Assembly (NCBI RefSeq): GCF_006345805.1
Contig: NC_042998.1
Location: 207,700,001-207,764,000, forward strand
DNA: 64,000 nt
Reading direction: 5' to 3'
Origin: Octopus sinensis
Lineage: Eukaryota
Below the pieces are notes generated by a model. The model did no database searches. It saw nothing but the letters and a program-made list of their open reading frames with translations, and was not told the origin of the DNA. Positions within the stretch are counted from its first letter, which is position 1. The number at the start of each line of letters is the position of its first letter. Positions 39,398 through 54,424 of this stretch are shown here, one piece after another. A program made the position numbers and the translations under genes.

Positions 39398-39443
39398 AAA
39401 ACTGTCCGACGAACGGGAACGTGAAACTCCGAGTAACAACTTT
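39398..39443 (+). ncRNA. Degenerate hammerhead motif between (AT)n tracts
   Basis: tgt-CCGACGA-ACG-ggaa-CGT-GAAACT-ccg-AGTA-aca; U4 replaced by C. Confidence 0.5.
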
Positions 39444-39474
39444 TGTTAAATATCTGTTGCTTTTAATATAGTAT

Positions 39475-39523
<49 letters not shown>

Positions 39524-40369
39524 TTATTGTTGGTTTCCTTGTCCTGTCTTTTACTGTTCTTATTCTTTATTTGTACTGTTTTTTTTCTTCATTTGTATTG
39601 CTTTTTCGTCCTGTTCTTGTCACTTTCTTTACCCCTCCGCAAAAAATTTTTTATTTAATTCATTTTGCGGGAAGGACTGTTTCGGCCGGATCGTGTTCTG
39701 CCCTTACCTTCGAAACACGCATTCAGTCGAAACAGGCTCAGCTGAAGAAGTGGAATGTTCCTTGTGTTGGTTGTCTTGTACTCTGTTTTTTCGTTGTTGA
39801 AAAAAGTCCGTTTCCATGTTTGGTTTTATGTTTTCGTTTCTGGTGTTCTACGTTTATTTGTGGTGTCCTGTACTCATATATGCATGTATATATACATAAA
39901 GATGTAGGTATGTACATATATGTATGTATATGTTTTATTTATTATATTGTTATTATATATATATATATATATATAGCTCTCGTTATTATAAAATTAGACG
40001 GAAACGGTTAATAATTTGATAACTGCATACATTTTTCTGTATTACTTCAGCAAACAGGTTTTACAGCGATATTAAATTCTTCTGAAGACATATTGAAGAT
40101 TATATTTAACGTATGAAAGGCGGCGAAACGTTTTCTAAATGTAAATAATATGTAAATGAAAGCGAAAACAATTCAACATAAAGCTCATCAAAAATCGAAG
40201 TCTTTTAATTGATTTTTGCTGGCTTCTAAGTAACCAGGAGTAAAACCAACATTTTCATTCTATATATTTTGCTATGTCAACAATTTACAAATGAGAGCTT
40301 TCATTGCATCCATTTACCTCCTCATTTTCTATTATCTTACGTTTTTATTCATTATTTTGTGGGGATAGG

Positions 40370-41120
40370 GCAGTGAGCTGGCGGAGTCGTTAGCACACCG
40401 GGCATTGCGGTATTTCGTCTGCCGCTACGTTGTGAGTTCAAATTCCACCGGGGTTGACTTTGCCTTTCTTTCTTTCCGGGTCGATAAATTAAGTACCAAT
40501 AACGCACTGGGGTCGATGTAATCGATTTAATCCGTTTGTCTGTCTTTGTTTGTCCTCTCTGTGTTTAGCCCCTTGTGGGTAGTAAAGAAATAGGTATTTC
40601 GTCTGCCGCTACGTTCTCAGTTCAAATTCCGCCGAGGTCGACTTTGCCTTTCTTCCTTTCAGGGTCGATAAATTAAGTACCAATAACGCACTGGGGTCGA
40701 TGTAATCGACATAATCCGTTTGTTTGTCCTTGTTTGTCCTCTCTGTGTTTAGCCCCTTGTGGGTAGCAAAGAAATAGGTATTTCGTCTGCCGCTACGTTC
40801 TGAGTTCAAATTCCACCGAGGTTGACTTTGCCTTTCTTTCCGGGTCGATAAATTAAGTACCAGTTACGCCCTGGGGTCGATGTAATCGACTTAATACTTT
40901 GTCTATCCTTGTTTGTCCCCTCTATGTTTAGCCCCTTGTGGGCAATAAAGAAATAAGAATAATTAGGACGCCGGGCAAAATTCTTAGCTTAGTTCTGAGT
41001 TCAAATTCCGCCGAGGTCGATATTAACTTTCATCCTTTTGGTATCGATAAATTAAGTGCCAGTTGGTAACTGGGGGTTGATGTAATCGATTAACCGCCTT
41101 CTTCGTAATTAGTGGCCCTG
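40370..41120 (+). repeat. SINE family C with one head and three tandem 184-bp body units plus a partial fourth
   Basis: gtatttcgtctgccgctacgtt at 40410, 40594 and 40778. Confidence 0.9.
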
Positions 41121-41320
41121 TACCAACATTTGAAACCAATTTGAGGTTCTGTTTAAAAACGGCTGGGTGTGGTTTAAGGGAGATTTGGACGAATCTTTAG
41201 AAAATACGCTGAATGTGTGGAGACCTGAACGCGTTGGTGACAAAGCAGTGTTAAATCTTGTTATAGAATATTCTTTATTGTTTTAGATATAAATTAAATG
41301 AGACATTAACTTATCATATA

Positions 41321-41725
41321 GGCACAGGAGTGGCTGTGTGGTAAGTAGCTTGTTTACCAACCACATGGTTCCGGGTTCAGTCCCACTGCGTGGCACCTTG
41401 GGCAAGTGTCTTCTACTATAGCCTCGGGCCGACCAAAGCCTTGTGAGTGGATTTGGTAGACGGAAACTGAAAGAAGCCCGTCGTATATATGTATATATAT
41501 ATGTGTGTGTGTGTTTGTGTGTCTGTGTTTGTCTCCCTAGCATTGCTTGACAACCGATGCTGGTGTGTTTACGTCCCCGTCACTTAGCGGTTCGGCAAAA
41601 CAGACCGATTGAATAAGTACTGGGCTTACAAAGAATAAGTTCTGGGGTCGATTTGCTCGACTAAAGGCGGTGCTCCAGCATGGCCGCAGTCAAATGACTG
41701 TAACAACTAAAAGAGTAAAAGAGTA
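41321..41725 (+). mobile_element. Full-length SINE family A
   Basis: Near-identical to 4785-5195. Confidence 0.9.
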
Positions 41726-41783
41726 ATATCATTGATATTCTTGGTGTTTTTTCTCTTTATAAATATCTAATTTAACTGAGATG

Positions 41784-42783
41784 CACTAATCTCTCACCCT
41801 ATCGCGGTTCACCTATCGCGGTTCACCTATCGCGGTCTATTATTTGAGCTTGCCTACGCCTATTCCTCGGTGGTGGTGTTTTGCATTTATAATAAAACAA
41901 ATAAAATTTGGTGTAAGATAAAAATTTCAGATATTAATCTTAAACATTCAGACAAGCAAATCCATAATTCAGATGTATGCCACGAGATATTATTCCATTT
42001 AAATAACCACATATTTACATTAAGACATAGATGATAAGAATATGGAAATATAATAATACAACATTAATATGTGGTTATTTGAATTATGAATTAGGAATTA
42101 GGAATTTGTTTGATGAATGTTTAAGAGAAATATCTGCAATTTTTATCGTAAACCAAATTTTATTATTAATCGACAGCTCATATCCGAGCGAAAAAACAGT
42201 TGTGCTATGTACTAGAGTTTTATCTCCGTTAAAATTATCGTAATAAAATTAATACTCTTTTACTGGTTTCAGTCATTTGACTGCGGCCATTCTGAAGCAC
42301 CGCCTTTAATCGAGCAACTCGACCCCGGGACTTATTCTTTTTGTAAGCCCAGTACTTATTCTATCGGTCTCTTTTGCCGAACCGCTAAGTAACGGGGACA
42401 TAAACACACCAGCATCGGTTGTCAAGCAATGCTAGGGGGACACACACACAGACACACAAACACACACACGCATATACATATATATATACATATATACGAC
42501 AGGCTTCTTTTCAGTTACCGTCTACCAAATCCACTCACAAGGCTTTGGTTGGCCCGAGACTATAGTAGAAGACACTTGCCCAAGGTGCCACACAGTGGGA
42601 CTGAACCCAGAACCATGTGGTTGGTAAACAAGCTACTTACCCCACAGCCACTTCTGCGCCTAATATATACAAATTATAAAAATGTAAAAAGTATATTGTA
42701 CAGTACTGTTTCTACTTCGCGGATTTTCACATATCGCGGGGGATTTTTGGAACGTAACACCCGCGATAGTCGAGGGAATAGTG
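41784..42783 (-). mobile_element. pogo/Tigger-like MITE interrupted by a family A SINE (42255-42660, - strand)
   Basis: Right end is the reverse complement of the 47601 element start; left end has ctatcgcggttcac repeated in tandem. Confidence 0.65.
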
Positions 42784-44170
42784 TAATTGACTCATTTAAT
42801 AGGGCTACGCTGTGTGTACTTGTACTTGCAGCGGCATTCAGCTGGGGTGGGTTGAGCCTGCTCCGAGCAACGAGTTCGCCAGAGTCCTCACGAATGCTGA
42901 GGGACATCCGATGGACAATTACCCGACAGGGAGAACAAGCACGTCGGATAGCCCGGACGCTGTAGCCGTAGTCGTCATTTGCTGTTGAGGTGTAGGGTTC
43001 ATGTTCGGAGAGTCAGAGGAAATACAAGTTCACATGTGGTCCCCAGTCACAGGCATGCATTCTTTGGGATAGTATGATCCATAGCAGGTCATTTTGCTGT
43101 CGAGTTTTGACCATTGCAGGGGATTCGCTGGCCAAGACACCACTGATTATCGGAGCAGACATAGCCTGGGTTTGAAATGGGTTCTAGAGATGTGCTTTAA
43201 GAAAAGCTAAGGGGTTCCTCACTCCCTGTGTTCTTCCTGCACGCCGGGCACCAGCCCGAAATTTTTGAGGGCTCGTGGCATTGCTAGAGAGCCGTATAAC
43301 CTATACTGCGTTCTTCCGTCCCCTTGACATGTTTTGCTTTCAGTCCTGGGTTTTGAGCAACCCTCCTCACCAGGCAAGCTTAATGAAGGCGCTGGTTTAA
43401 CCGCCGACCATGCAGCAAGTTGTACTGATTCCATTCTACCAATAGCACTCATGGGAGTCCTTACAATTGACCTGACACTAGGCTGTATGTTAGTGTCTAA
43501 GTGGCAGCAACGATATTATCTAGGATCCTAACCTGATACATGATGAGATAGTACCACTTGTATCAGTAAAAAAAAGGGGGAATTTCAACCGTGTTTCGTG
43601 GTCTGCTACCACAACAGCTCCTTTATAGGATCCAGTTTGCTCAAGACATCATCAGGAGGAACCACGTCCAGTTTCGGCCCCTTCTCCTCTACCGTTTTCA
43701 ACATGGCGGGGTCCCTCCTTTCGGAGGTGTCTTCAGTTCTGGTGTTGGGTGCATGTCTTCTTTCTTCTTCTTTCTTCTGTTCCCTGGCCTCTTCGATGTA
43801 TCGTCAGCGAGTGTCAGCCGGTGACTGACTGACTTGTCAAATTTTTCCCTTTAAATTTGACAAGTCAGATTTGGTAGAGGAAGATAAAAGAACTTCCTTG
43901 GGTTTGTAAAGTCATTTTTGTATAGTGGTTAACATTTGAATTCCTTAGACTTTGTCACAACATTTTCTGCTTTCTTTTATATAAAAATTGGCTGAGAGAG
44001 AGATAACAGAATGGTAATGCAGTAAGTCGGCATACAAGAGATACGAGATTTGCATCTAGAAGGGGATCCTATTCTCTTGTCTCTATCCTGCATTGATACT
44101 CCCTGTTACCACATGCAATTTATATTTTTTAATCGTAATCGTTAATGCATATATATATATATATATATAT

Positions 44171-44432
44171 ACTAGCAGTATCGCCCGGCGTTGCTCGGGT
44201 TTGTAAGGGAAATAACTATATAAGCATTTTTAGAGAGTTACTTCCCTTATATAATAGCAAAAAAAGCATTAAAAATGGAAAAAAATGATGGTAAATTTTT
44301 TTAAATCGTAGACTCATCGTAGACGCGCGCTAATACCCAGAAGATATCCGCTTTTGGTTAAACTGCACCGCAAAATGAGGGAGTAGTTAGAAATCTAAAT
44401 CGTAGGAGACAGACACCACACAACTTCTCTTT
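44171..44432 (-). mobile_element. Non-autonomous Helitron/Helentron-like element
   Basis: Terminus actagcagtatcgcccggcgttgctcggg (hairpin plus CTAG); embedded in (AT)n. Confidence 0.6.
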
Positions 44433-44444
44433 TATATATATACA

Positions 44445-44685
44445 CTCTTTACTCTCTCTCTTTACTCTTTTAGTTGTTTCAGTCATTTGACTGTGGCCAT
44501 GCTAGAGCACCGCCTTTAGTCGAGCAAATTGACCCCAGGTCTTATTCTTTGTAAGCCTAGTACTTATTCTATCGGCCTCTTTTACCGAACCGCTAAGTTA
44601 CTGGGACGTAAACTCACCAGCATCGGTTGTCAAGCGATGTTGGGGGAACAAACACAGACACACAAACACACACACACACACACAC

Positions 44686-44723
<38 letters not shown>

Positions 44724-44870
44724 TATATACGACGGGCTACCAAATCCATTCACAAAGCTTTGGTCAGCCCGAGGCTTTAGTAGAAGACACTTGTCCAAGG
44801 TGCCAAGCAGTGGAACTGAACCCGGAACCATGTGGTTAGTAAGCAAGCTACTTACCCATAGTCATTCGGA
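44445..44870 (-). mobile_element. SINE family A
   Basis: Reverse complement of the family consensus seen elsewhere in the window. Confidence 0.85.
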
Positions 44871-44872
44871 CG

Positions 44873-44912
<40 letters not shown>

Positions 44913-45216
44913 ATATATATGCACACACATATATATGCTGAATACATATATATATGTACATAAACATGTATATATGCGTACATACATATACGCACATGCA
45001 AACACACACACACACTCACACACACTCAGACACACACAGTAGCAACAGAAGCCGTATTAATAACAAAAGACAATCTTTATGTCCCACCTAACATCTTTAT
45101 GTTAAGTTGAACATGAAAACTTAAAGACTACAGCATTATTTACCTTGACAGGACCTCTCATATAGATGCACGGGGCATAAAATCACTCGTATTTATATCG
45201 TTGGCAAACGCAAATA

Positions 45217-45267
45217 GTCTGCCCAGATCACGTGATTTCGACTTGCCCGGTTTCTTCAGTAGCAGAC
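45217..45267 (-). ncRNA. Type I hammerhead ribozyme, near-canonical
   Basis: gtctgcta-CTGAAGA-A-AC-cgggcaa-GT-C-GAAA-TC-ACGT-GA-TC-tgggcagac; stem I gtctgc/gcagac, palindromic stem III. Confidence 0.7.
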
Positions 45268-45379
45268 GTCCGGTAGCGGCATGACAGCCGAATATCACTA
45301 TCAAAACAAATGGAATTTCAGTGTCTTTTCATGGACTGATGTCACATATAGTGAATAGACTTATTAAAATATTATCAAT

Positions 45380-45410
<31 letters not shown>

Positions 45411-46431
45411 TCCCTCTCTCTCTCTCTTTCTTTCTTTCTCTCTCTCTCATTCTCTCTCTCTCTCTTTCTTTCTCTCTCTCTCTCGCTCTCTCAAACACAC
45501 GCACACACTCTCTCTCTCTCGCTCTCTCAAACACACATACACACACTCTCGCTCTCTCAAACACACACACACACACACACACACACTCGCACAATGGCTT
45601 AAACCTTGAATTTCGCATTGATAAGCATGAAAATATTTGACGCTGTGGCTCTTTATCGTTATTTTGTTTCTGAAAGTTATTCAAATCATATTTGAAATAG
45701 AATATCTTCAACCCAGAATTGAAACCGGTCATTGATACACGAAGAAATGGTAATCCTCAAATGCGTATAACCTTACCAGGTTGTCTCACAAGCCATGAAT
45801 TATTAAAAATTCTTCAATATCCATTGGATATCCCCGATGCAACAGCAATAATTTTGAGAAGGAAGACTATTATAATAAATGGTGGATTTCACCGAAGAAC
45901 ATGATAAAGTCTGCTACAAATACAATAAAAGACATCTGAAAGGTGCCAATAAGAGATTAATTGTCAATTTTTATCGATCTCTTTAAAGCCATTAAACTGT
46001 GTTGCCCTGTCAAGAGGTACCTTTAAGTTAGTTTACGGAGTTAAAATGCAGCTAAATTTTTACTCTGCCACAACAAAAGTGAAAGTGTACGCAAAAATAA
46101 GTATCCACGGTTCCCACCCGTTTACCACTATATTTACTTCTGTTGAGGACAAAAGGGATTTCGGTTCTTTAAAAAGACCCCATATCGCAATCTATAAAGG
46201 AATTTTAAGAACATCTCTTCCTCTGTATATACAAACAGACTACTGAAAAGGTTGCAAGACGCAACGAAAACTTTAGAAAAATAAAAATAAGTGGAAATTT
46301 TACCGGTGAATGTGTTAAATTATAAGGCACCAAAAGAGAATGACATCCCCGACACAACAGAATATGCTTCAATACACGAATTCACATAAATAATCTAGCA
46401 AACCAAAATCCAAAACCGAAATATATATATA

Positions 46432-46806
46432 TTCTTTTATTCTTTTACTTGTTTTCGGTCATTTGACTGCGGCCATGCTGGAGCACTGCCATTAGTCCAA
46501 CAAATCTACCCCAGCAATTATTTTTTGTAAGCCTAGTACTTATTCTATCAGTCACTTTTACCGAACCACTAAGTTACGGGGACGTAAACATACCAACATC
46601 GGTTGTCAAGCAATGGTGGGGGCAGAAACACAGACACACAAATACGTCAGGCTTCTTTCAGTTTCCGTCTACCAAATCCACTCACAAGGCTTTAGTCGGC
46701 CCGAGGCTGTAGTAGAAAATGCCTGCACAAAGTGCCACGCAGTGGGACTGAACTCGGAACCATATGGTTGGGAAGCAAGCTTCTTACCACACAGCCACTC
46801 CTGCAC
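46432..46806 (-). mobile_element. SINE family A
   Basis: Family similarity. Confidence 0.85.
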
Positions 46807-47600
46807 TTGCTAGATTTTTCTGAATTTTTTCATTCTGAAGGGTGTCCAGTACTTTCCACCGATCAAATAATTATATTTCGGTGGTGGATGAGTGTACATA
46901 GGAACAACACCCCCAAAACTCATCGCAATAATGGCAAAAACAACAATAATACCAACAACAACAGAGAGAGAGAGAGAGAGTGTGTGTGTCCTTCTTGTTG
47001 CCAAGTGTGGTGAAGGAAGTGAAAACGACAAGGTCAAAAGTTTATTTAGATGATAGCCGTTGGTCAAATAAAAGAAAAGATTAAAGACAAAAATGAAATC
47101 AATGATATGGAAAAAAAACTAAGATAACTCTTAAATGCGCGTTACAAGGGCTTTGCTCAAAACTCACACACACGCACTCACACACACACATACGCACGCA
47201 CACACAGACACAGACGCGCGCGCATGCAAACCGCCACACACACACGCACACATACAGACATACACGCACGCACACATAGACACAGACGGGTGCGCATACA
47301 AACCTCCACACATACATGCACAAATAGACACACGCGCACGCACACACACTATATTCACACACACATACAAACCGTTGCACACACAGGCACACATACAGAC
47401 ACACGCGTATGCACACACACGCATACAAACCACCACACACACACACATATAGACACACAAACACACACACACACGCATACAAACAACCACACACACGCGC
47501 GCGCACTCATACAGACACACACGCACGCACGCACACATACGCATATAAACCGCCACACACACGCGCGCACACATACACACACACACATACATTTCATATA

Positions 47601-48086
47601 CAATAATCCCTCGACTATCACGGGTATTACGTTCCAAACCACCCCCGCGGTAGGTGAAAATCCGCGAAGTAGAAACAATACTGTGTATTTATCATTATTA
47701 TTATTTTTATAATTTGCATATATTTATTTTATTATAAAATGCCAAACAGCACCACACACTCGCCTCCCGAGTTTCATTTTCCATACAGTATGTGCGATTC
47801 TTTGTTTACTCATCTGCGGTATTTTCTTTTAATATATTTTAATTAAAGCGTTATACAGTGCAGTAATTAATTAATTAATTAATTCATTCATTCATTTTTA
47901 CGCGTCAAAATGCTTATTATACCACAGAAATCATTTAAATCGAGAAAGAAATATAGATACCTCTCGGCCGCTGAAACCCGCGATAAACTGAGGAGTCCAC
48001 GATATAAATTTACATATATCAACGATGAAAATCCGCGATGTACTGAAGGCGCGATAAGTGAACCACAATACGGCGAGTGATAACTG
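47601..48086 (+). mobile_element. pogo/Tigger-like MITE
   Basis: Imperfect TIRs caataatccctcg.. / ..cgagtgataactg with TA on both sides. Confidence 0.65.
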
Positions 48087-48530
48087 TATATCGTTTACGT
48101 CATATGAGTTTAGAAACATGGAGAGTTTCTAAACCCTTCGATTTTTCCATCCTAAAGGCGACATCATGACCGCTGCTCTGAGAACTGTAAAAGCTGTAAG
48201 ACGTGACGTGGACCTCCGCGACGCAGTCTACGCAGCCATGGTCAACAGAAGCATGACGGTCTTTGGATGGTCGGCATTTGGTTCTTGGAGGGTTTCTACG
48301 CCTTTCTACTCCGGCCTCCCGATTCTAATCGCATGGATTACGATGTGTGAATTACGGGGTTGAGAAAGAAAGACCACCAACCGTTCTGCCTGCAACACCA
48401 GTGGAGGCGCAATGGCCCAGTGGTTAGGGCATCTGGCCATCGAAAATTTGTCTCAAGGAATTGTCTGACCCAATCAAGTAAAGAAAAGTGGACATCAGAA
48501 CTGCCACTGTCACCAGCACCATCACCATGT

Positions 48531-48900
48531 GGAGGTGCAATGGCCCAGTGGTTAGGGCAGCGGACTCGCCGTCGGAGGATCGCGGTTTCGATTCCCAGGG
48601 CGTTGTGTGTGTTTATTGAGCGAAAACACCTAAAGCTCCACGAAGCTCCAGCAGGGGGTGGTGGTGACCCCCGTTGTACTCTTTCGCTCCAACTTTCTCT
48701 CACTCTTTCTTCCTGTTTCTTGTCCCCGACTTCCTACGCAACTGCTGAACCTGGATGCGCATTCATCCATCGATGCTCTCGGTGTCGGGGGTTGACCTGC
48801 TTTCTCTTCTGCGAGTCTTACGAAGAGCAAAGGACCACGTTTCGGACTTCTCCCACTACAGACATGGGACGAAGACCGCTTTGCTCAACAGCGACAGCAA
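48531..48900 (+). mobile_element. SINE family B (tail type 3)
   Basis: Same tail as 54903-55270. Confidence 0.85.
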
Positions 48901-49075
48901 CATCCCCTGCGACACCAAGGCCGAGCTGGTGACCATGATCGAAGAGGTGTTCAAAGAGGATCTTCCCAAGGAAACAGTGAGGAACGCACGTTCCAGCTTC
49001 CGGATCCGTTTCGAGATGATGGTCGAAGCTGATGGTGGCGGGCGGGGTGGGGTGGGCGGATACTTTCAGTAAACC
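48900..49075 (+). pseudogene. Tc1/mariner-superfamily transposase C-terminal remnant
   Basis: TKAELVTMIEEVF..RFEMMVEADGG..GYFQ; a related LEAVVEAEGGYFE remnant lies on the - strand at ~53360-53460. Confidence 0.55.
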
Positions 49076-49149
49076 GTTATCTCCCGGCTCTAATCGAGAT
49101 AAAGTATTTTAAGATACTTCTGCTTTTGGATGGGATGTGTTTTTCCCCT

Positions 49150-49800
49150 TTTACATACACACAGAATTACACACGCACACACACGCACACACACATACAT
49201 ACATACACACAATTACACATACATACACATGCAAACAGATACATACACACACATACACACATACACATATATATATATACATTCACACAAATACATACAC
49301 ATACATACACACACATACATACACACATACATACATACACACATACATACACACATACATACATACATACATGCATACACACATACATACACACATACAT
49401 ACACACATACATACATGCACACATACACACATACATACATACATACATACATACATACATACACACATACATACATACACACATACATACACACATACAT
49501 ACATACATACATGCATACACACATACATACACACATACATACACACATACATACATGCACACATACACACATACATACATACATACATACATACATGCAC
49601 ACATACACACATACATACATACATACATACATAAATACATACATACATACGTATATACATACATACATACATACGTACACACATACATACGCACACACAT
49701 ACATACATACATACACACATACACACACACACCCATACATACATACATATGCACACACACATATACATATATACATGCATACGCACACACATATATGTAT
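49150..49800. repeat. (ACAT)/(AC)n compound microsatellite
   Basis: Direct reading; a similar tract is at 50583-51190. Confidence 0.95.
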
Positions 49801-50734
49801 ATATATCCGTGGTATTTCCCGGAAATCTCTTTGGAATTTGATGATTCCAGAGAAGAAATTACCGGACCGACTAATTCGTCAGAACATCAGACAAAATTTC
49901 CCTCGTTTATTTGTTCTGGATCCTTACATTCTGGGTTCAAATCCACTGAGGTCAATTTCCACCTTTCACCTTTAACCTTGAAATCTTCCGAAATGAATGA
50001 AATAAAGGATCGACCAATTACTGAGATCGATTTAATCGGCTAATCCCCAACTCCGGAGATTTTGTGACCTTAATTCGATATTAGAAGCCGTTTTCAAATC
50101 GATGTTATTCATTCAAATTTCCCATCCATTCACATGGATTTGCCCCAGAATGGCCGGTGTTCAATGACTGAAACAAGCAAGACAGAAATGCTAAGACACA
50201 CATACATATATACATACATACACACACATACATACACATACATACATATATGTACGTGGCTTAGTGGTTAGGGCATTCGGCTCACAATCGGAAGGACGTG
50301 CGTTCTATTCCTGGCGAGGCGTTGTGTCATTTTATTTAAAGAGAGACACTTTATCTCATATTGCCCCAGTCCACTCAGCTGGCAAAGATAAATAGTACCT
50401 GTATTTCAAAGGGGCCAGCCTTGTCACACTCTGTGTCACGTTGAATCACTCTGAGGACTACGTTAAGGGTACACGTGTCTGTGGAGTGCTCAGCCACTTG
50501 CACGTTAATCTCAAAAGCAGGCTGCTCCGTTGATCGGATCAACTGGAACCCTCATCGTCGTAACAGACGGAGTGCTCCTATATATATACATACATACATA
50601 CATACATACATACATACATACATACGTACGTACATACATACATACATACATACATACATACATACATACATACATACATACATACATGCGTACATACATA
50701 CATACATGCGTACATACATACATACGTACACACA

Positions 50735-50765
<31 letters not shown>

Positions 50766-51367
50766 GTACATACATACATGCGTACATACATACTACATAC
50801 ACATACATACATACATACATACATACATACATACATGCGTACATACATACTACATACATACATACCATACATACATACATACATGCGTCCACATACATAC
50901 AATACATACATACATACGTACATACATACGTACATACATACATACATGCGTACATACATACATACACACACACATACATACATACATAACATACATACAT
51001 ACACACACACATACATACTACACACACACATACATACATACATACATACATACATACATAACATACATACATGCATATACATACATACATCATACATACT
51101 ACATACAATACATACATACTCATACATGCGTACATACATACATACATACTTACCCGTACATACATACAATACATACCATACACACGCATCATTGACTATG
51201 AAACGAACCCCCCACACACTACACACATCGTATACGTTATATTGGCCCCCCCTTCATGTAATGAAATCCATTTACACTCTGCGTAAGATTGAGTTCTTCA
51301 TAATAACATTATATAGCCATTCGGAATCTTCAGTTTCCTGTGGAATATATTATATATAGATATATAT

Positions 51368-51437
<70 letters not shown>

Positions 51438-51465
51438 ATAATATATATATATATATATGTATATA

Positions 51466-51512
<47 letters not shown>

Positions 51513-51529
51513 ATATATATTATATATAT

Positions 51530-51927
51530 ATACTCTTTTATTCTTTTACTTATGTTAGTCAATTGACTGCGACCATGCTGGAGCACCGCCTTTAGTCGAG
51601 CAAATTGGCCCCAGGACTTAGTACTTAAGCCTAGTACTTATTCTATCGGTCTCTTTTGCCGAGAACGTTAACACACCAGCACCGGTTGTCAAGCGATGAT
51701 GGTGGTGGTGGTGGTGGTGGTGGTGGTGGGGACAAATACACACACAGGCACACACATATATACACGATGGACTTCTCTCAGTTTCCGTCTACCAAATCCA
51801 GTCACAAGGCTTTGGTCGGCCCGAAGCTATAGCAGAAGACACTTGCCCAAGGTGCTACGCAGTAGAACTGAACAGGGAACCATGTGGTTGGTTAGCAAGC
51901 TACTTACCACACAGCCACTCCTGCGTC
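51530..51927 (-). mobile_element. SINE family A
   Basis: Family similarity. Confidence 0.85.
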
Positions 51928-52250
51928 TATATATATATATATATACACATCTGTGTGTGTGTGTTTTACAATCAATAGTATAAAATGCTGAACACGCCAG
52001 ACCGAATACATTCTTGTATCGAAGGGAAGTTTAAAGCATTCCATATTCCTGTATCAAATCAATTCGCAGAAACTGACGGCTGCGGTTCCAGAATTTGGTT
52101 CGTGAAATTCTTGAAGAGTTCACGAGATTTCTTTTGTTGAAAGAAATTCTTTGTTTAGCGAAACTTTCTCTTCTGAAAGAACAGATGGCCAGGTCAGGTT
52201 AGATGTGAGCAATGAAACAACACGCCCACACATACACGCACATGTGCGCG

Positions 52251-52290
<40 letters not shown>

Positions 52291-52399
52291 CATACATACA
52301 CACACACAAGTACATACATACACATCACACACATATGCACACACACACTCACCTACAGAGACACACGTACAATACACACATATTCCCATTTAATACATA

Positions 52400-52922
<523 letters not shown>

Positions 52923-53023
52923 TAATCCAAACATGAAAACACAAAGAGAAAACACAACAATGCGAGGACGTGGAACAAGTATAGTGTTGTTGGACGCTCA
53001 GGAAAGGAAAGAAAGAAGGAGGA

Positions 53024-53056
53024 TTTAACGTTTCGAGCGGAGCTCTTCGTCAGAAT
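53024..53056 (-). ncRNA. Minimal loopless hammerhead-like motif
   Basis: att-CTGACGA-A-GAG-ctccg-CTC-GAAAC-GTT-aaa; weak stem I. Confidence 0.45.
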
Positions 53057-54130
53057 AATAGGAAAAGGAAAGATCCAAGGAAGAGAAGACGGAGGGGAAA
53101 AATTACCAACGATATACACGCGGTCAACAAACATACATATGTATATATGTGTTTGTGTGTGTATATATATAATTCTTTGTCTGTTTGTCTTCCTCTTTTT
53201 ATATATACTTATATTTTTAACATATATAAACATCGTACACAGGATGTTCGGGTGAAGTTTGACTGATTGCGTAAATAGGGAGGAAAGCACAATAAACCCA
53301 TCAAAAAATAGAAGCCATTTTTTAAAAATCAAAAATTATCAACTAGATTGTGGCTGGCAGATAACAACCCACTCAAAGTAGCCGCCCTCAGCTTCCACCA
53401 CGGCTTCAAGATTTAGGAAGATGTTCAAACACCTCTGCGGTCCTGATGTTGCAGGCAGAGCAGTCGGAGTCTTTCTCAACCCTTTTTACGAATAACCAAA
53501 GAGATTTTAACGTTGGCTAAATAGAGAGGGAACAAACAAGGACAGACAAATCGAATTAAGTCGATTACATCGACCCCAGTGCGTAACTGGTACTTAATTT
53601 ATCGACACCGAGAGGATGAAAGGCAAAGTCGACCTCGGCGGAATTTGAACTCAGAACATAACGGCAGACGAAATACCTATTTGTTTACTACCCACAAGGG
53701 GCCAAACACAGAGAGGACAAACAAGGACAGACAAACGAAATACCGCTAAGCATTGCGCCCGGTGTGCTAACGGTTCTGCCAGCCCACCGCCTTAAAAGAG
53801 TCACTGTTTCTCATGAGTCTCCTATCATCAATGATTGGCCTAAATCTTGCCACCAATCAATATTCTTAAAATTCATGAGTTATTTTCTTTTTTATGAATA
53901 ACAGAAATGTTGTCACTGGCAAATACCTCGAGGAATGTTATCCGATGCTCTAATCCTTCTGACAATTTATCGATTTATGCACGATGAGAGCGCTACTTTT
54001 CATTGTAGGACAAAATACCTTGTAGTATTATCCTCTTTTCTTGTGTGTGTTATTCAGAGTTCAAATCCCAGCACGATAAACCTTGCCTTTCAACCTGCTC
54101 GGGGATCAATAAAACTTGTTGTTGATTGTA

Positions 54131-54424
54131 CCTTCTCGAGCCATTCCTGGCTCATTAGGGCCGGTTTCCCGGTTTCCTTGTCGTATAGGTTTCCCACCTG
54201 GACAGGACGCCGGTCTGTCGCAGGTGAGCTGCAAGATGCAGGAGGAAAGAGTGAGAGAAAGTTGTGGCGAAAGAGTCAGCAGAAGTTCGCCATTACCTTC
54301 TGCCGGAGCTGCGTGGAGCTTAGGTGTTTCGCTTATAAACACTCACTTTGCCTGGTCTGAGATTCGAACCCGCGATCCCTCGACCGCGAGTCCGCTGCTA
54401 TAACCACTAGGCCATGTGCCTCCA
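54131..54424 (-). mobile_element. SINE family B (tail type 4)
   Basis: Same tail as 62374-62680. Confidence 0.85.

Noticed and set aside
39660-39900. PLE-like fragment with cgaaac and ctgaagaag words
   Set aside because: The boxes are in the wrong order and no consistent stems form, so it is not called a ribozyme.
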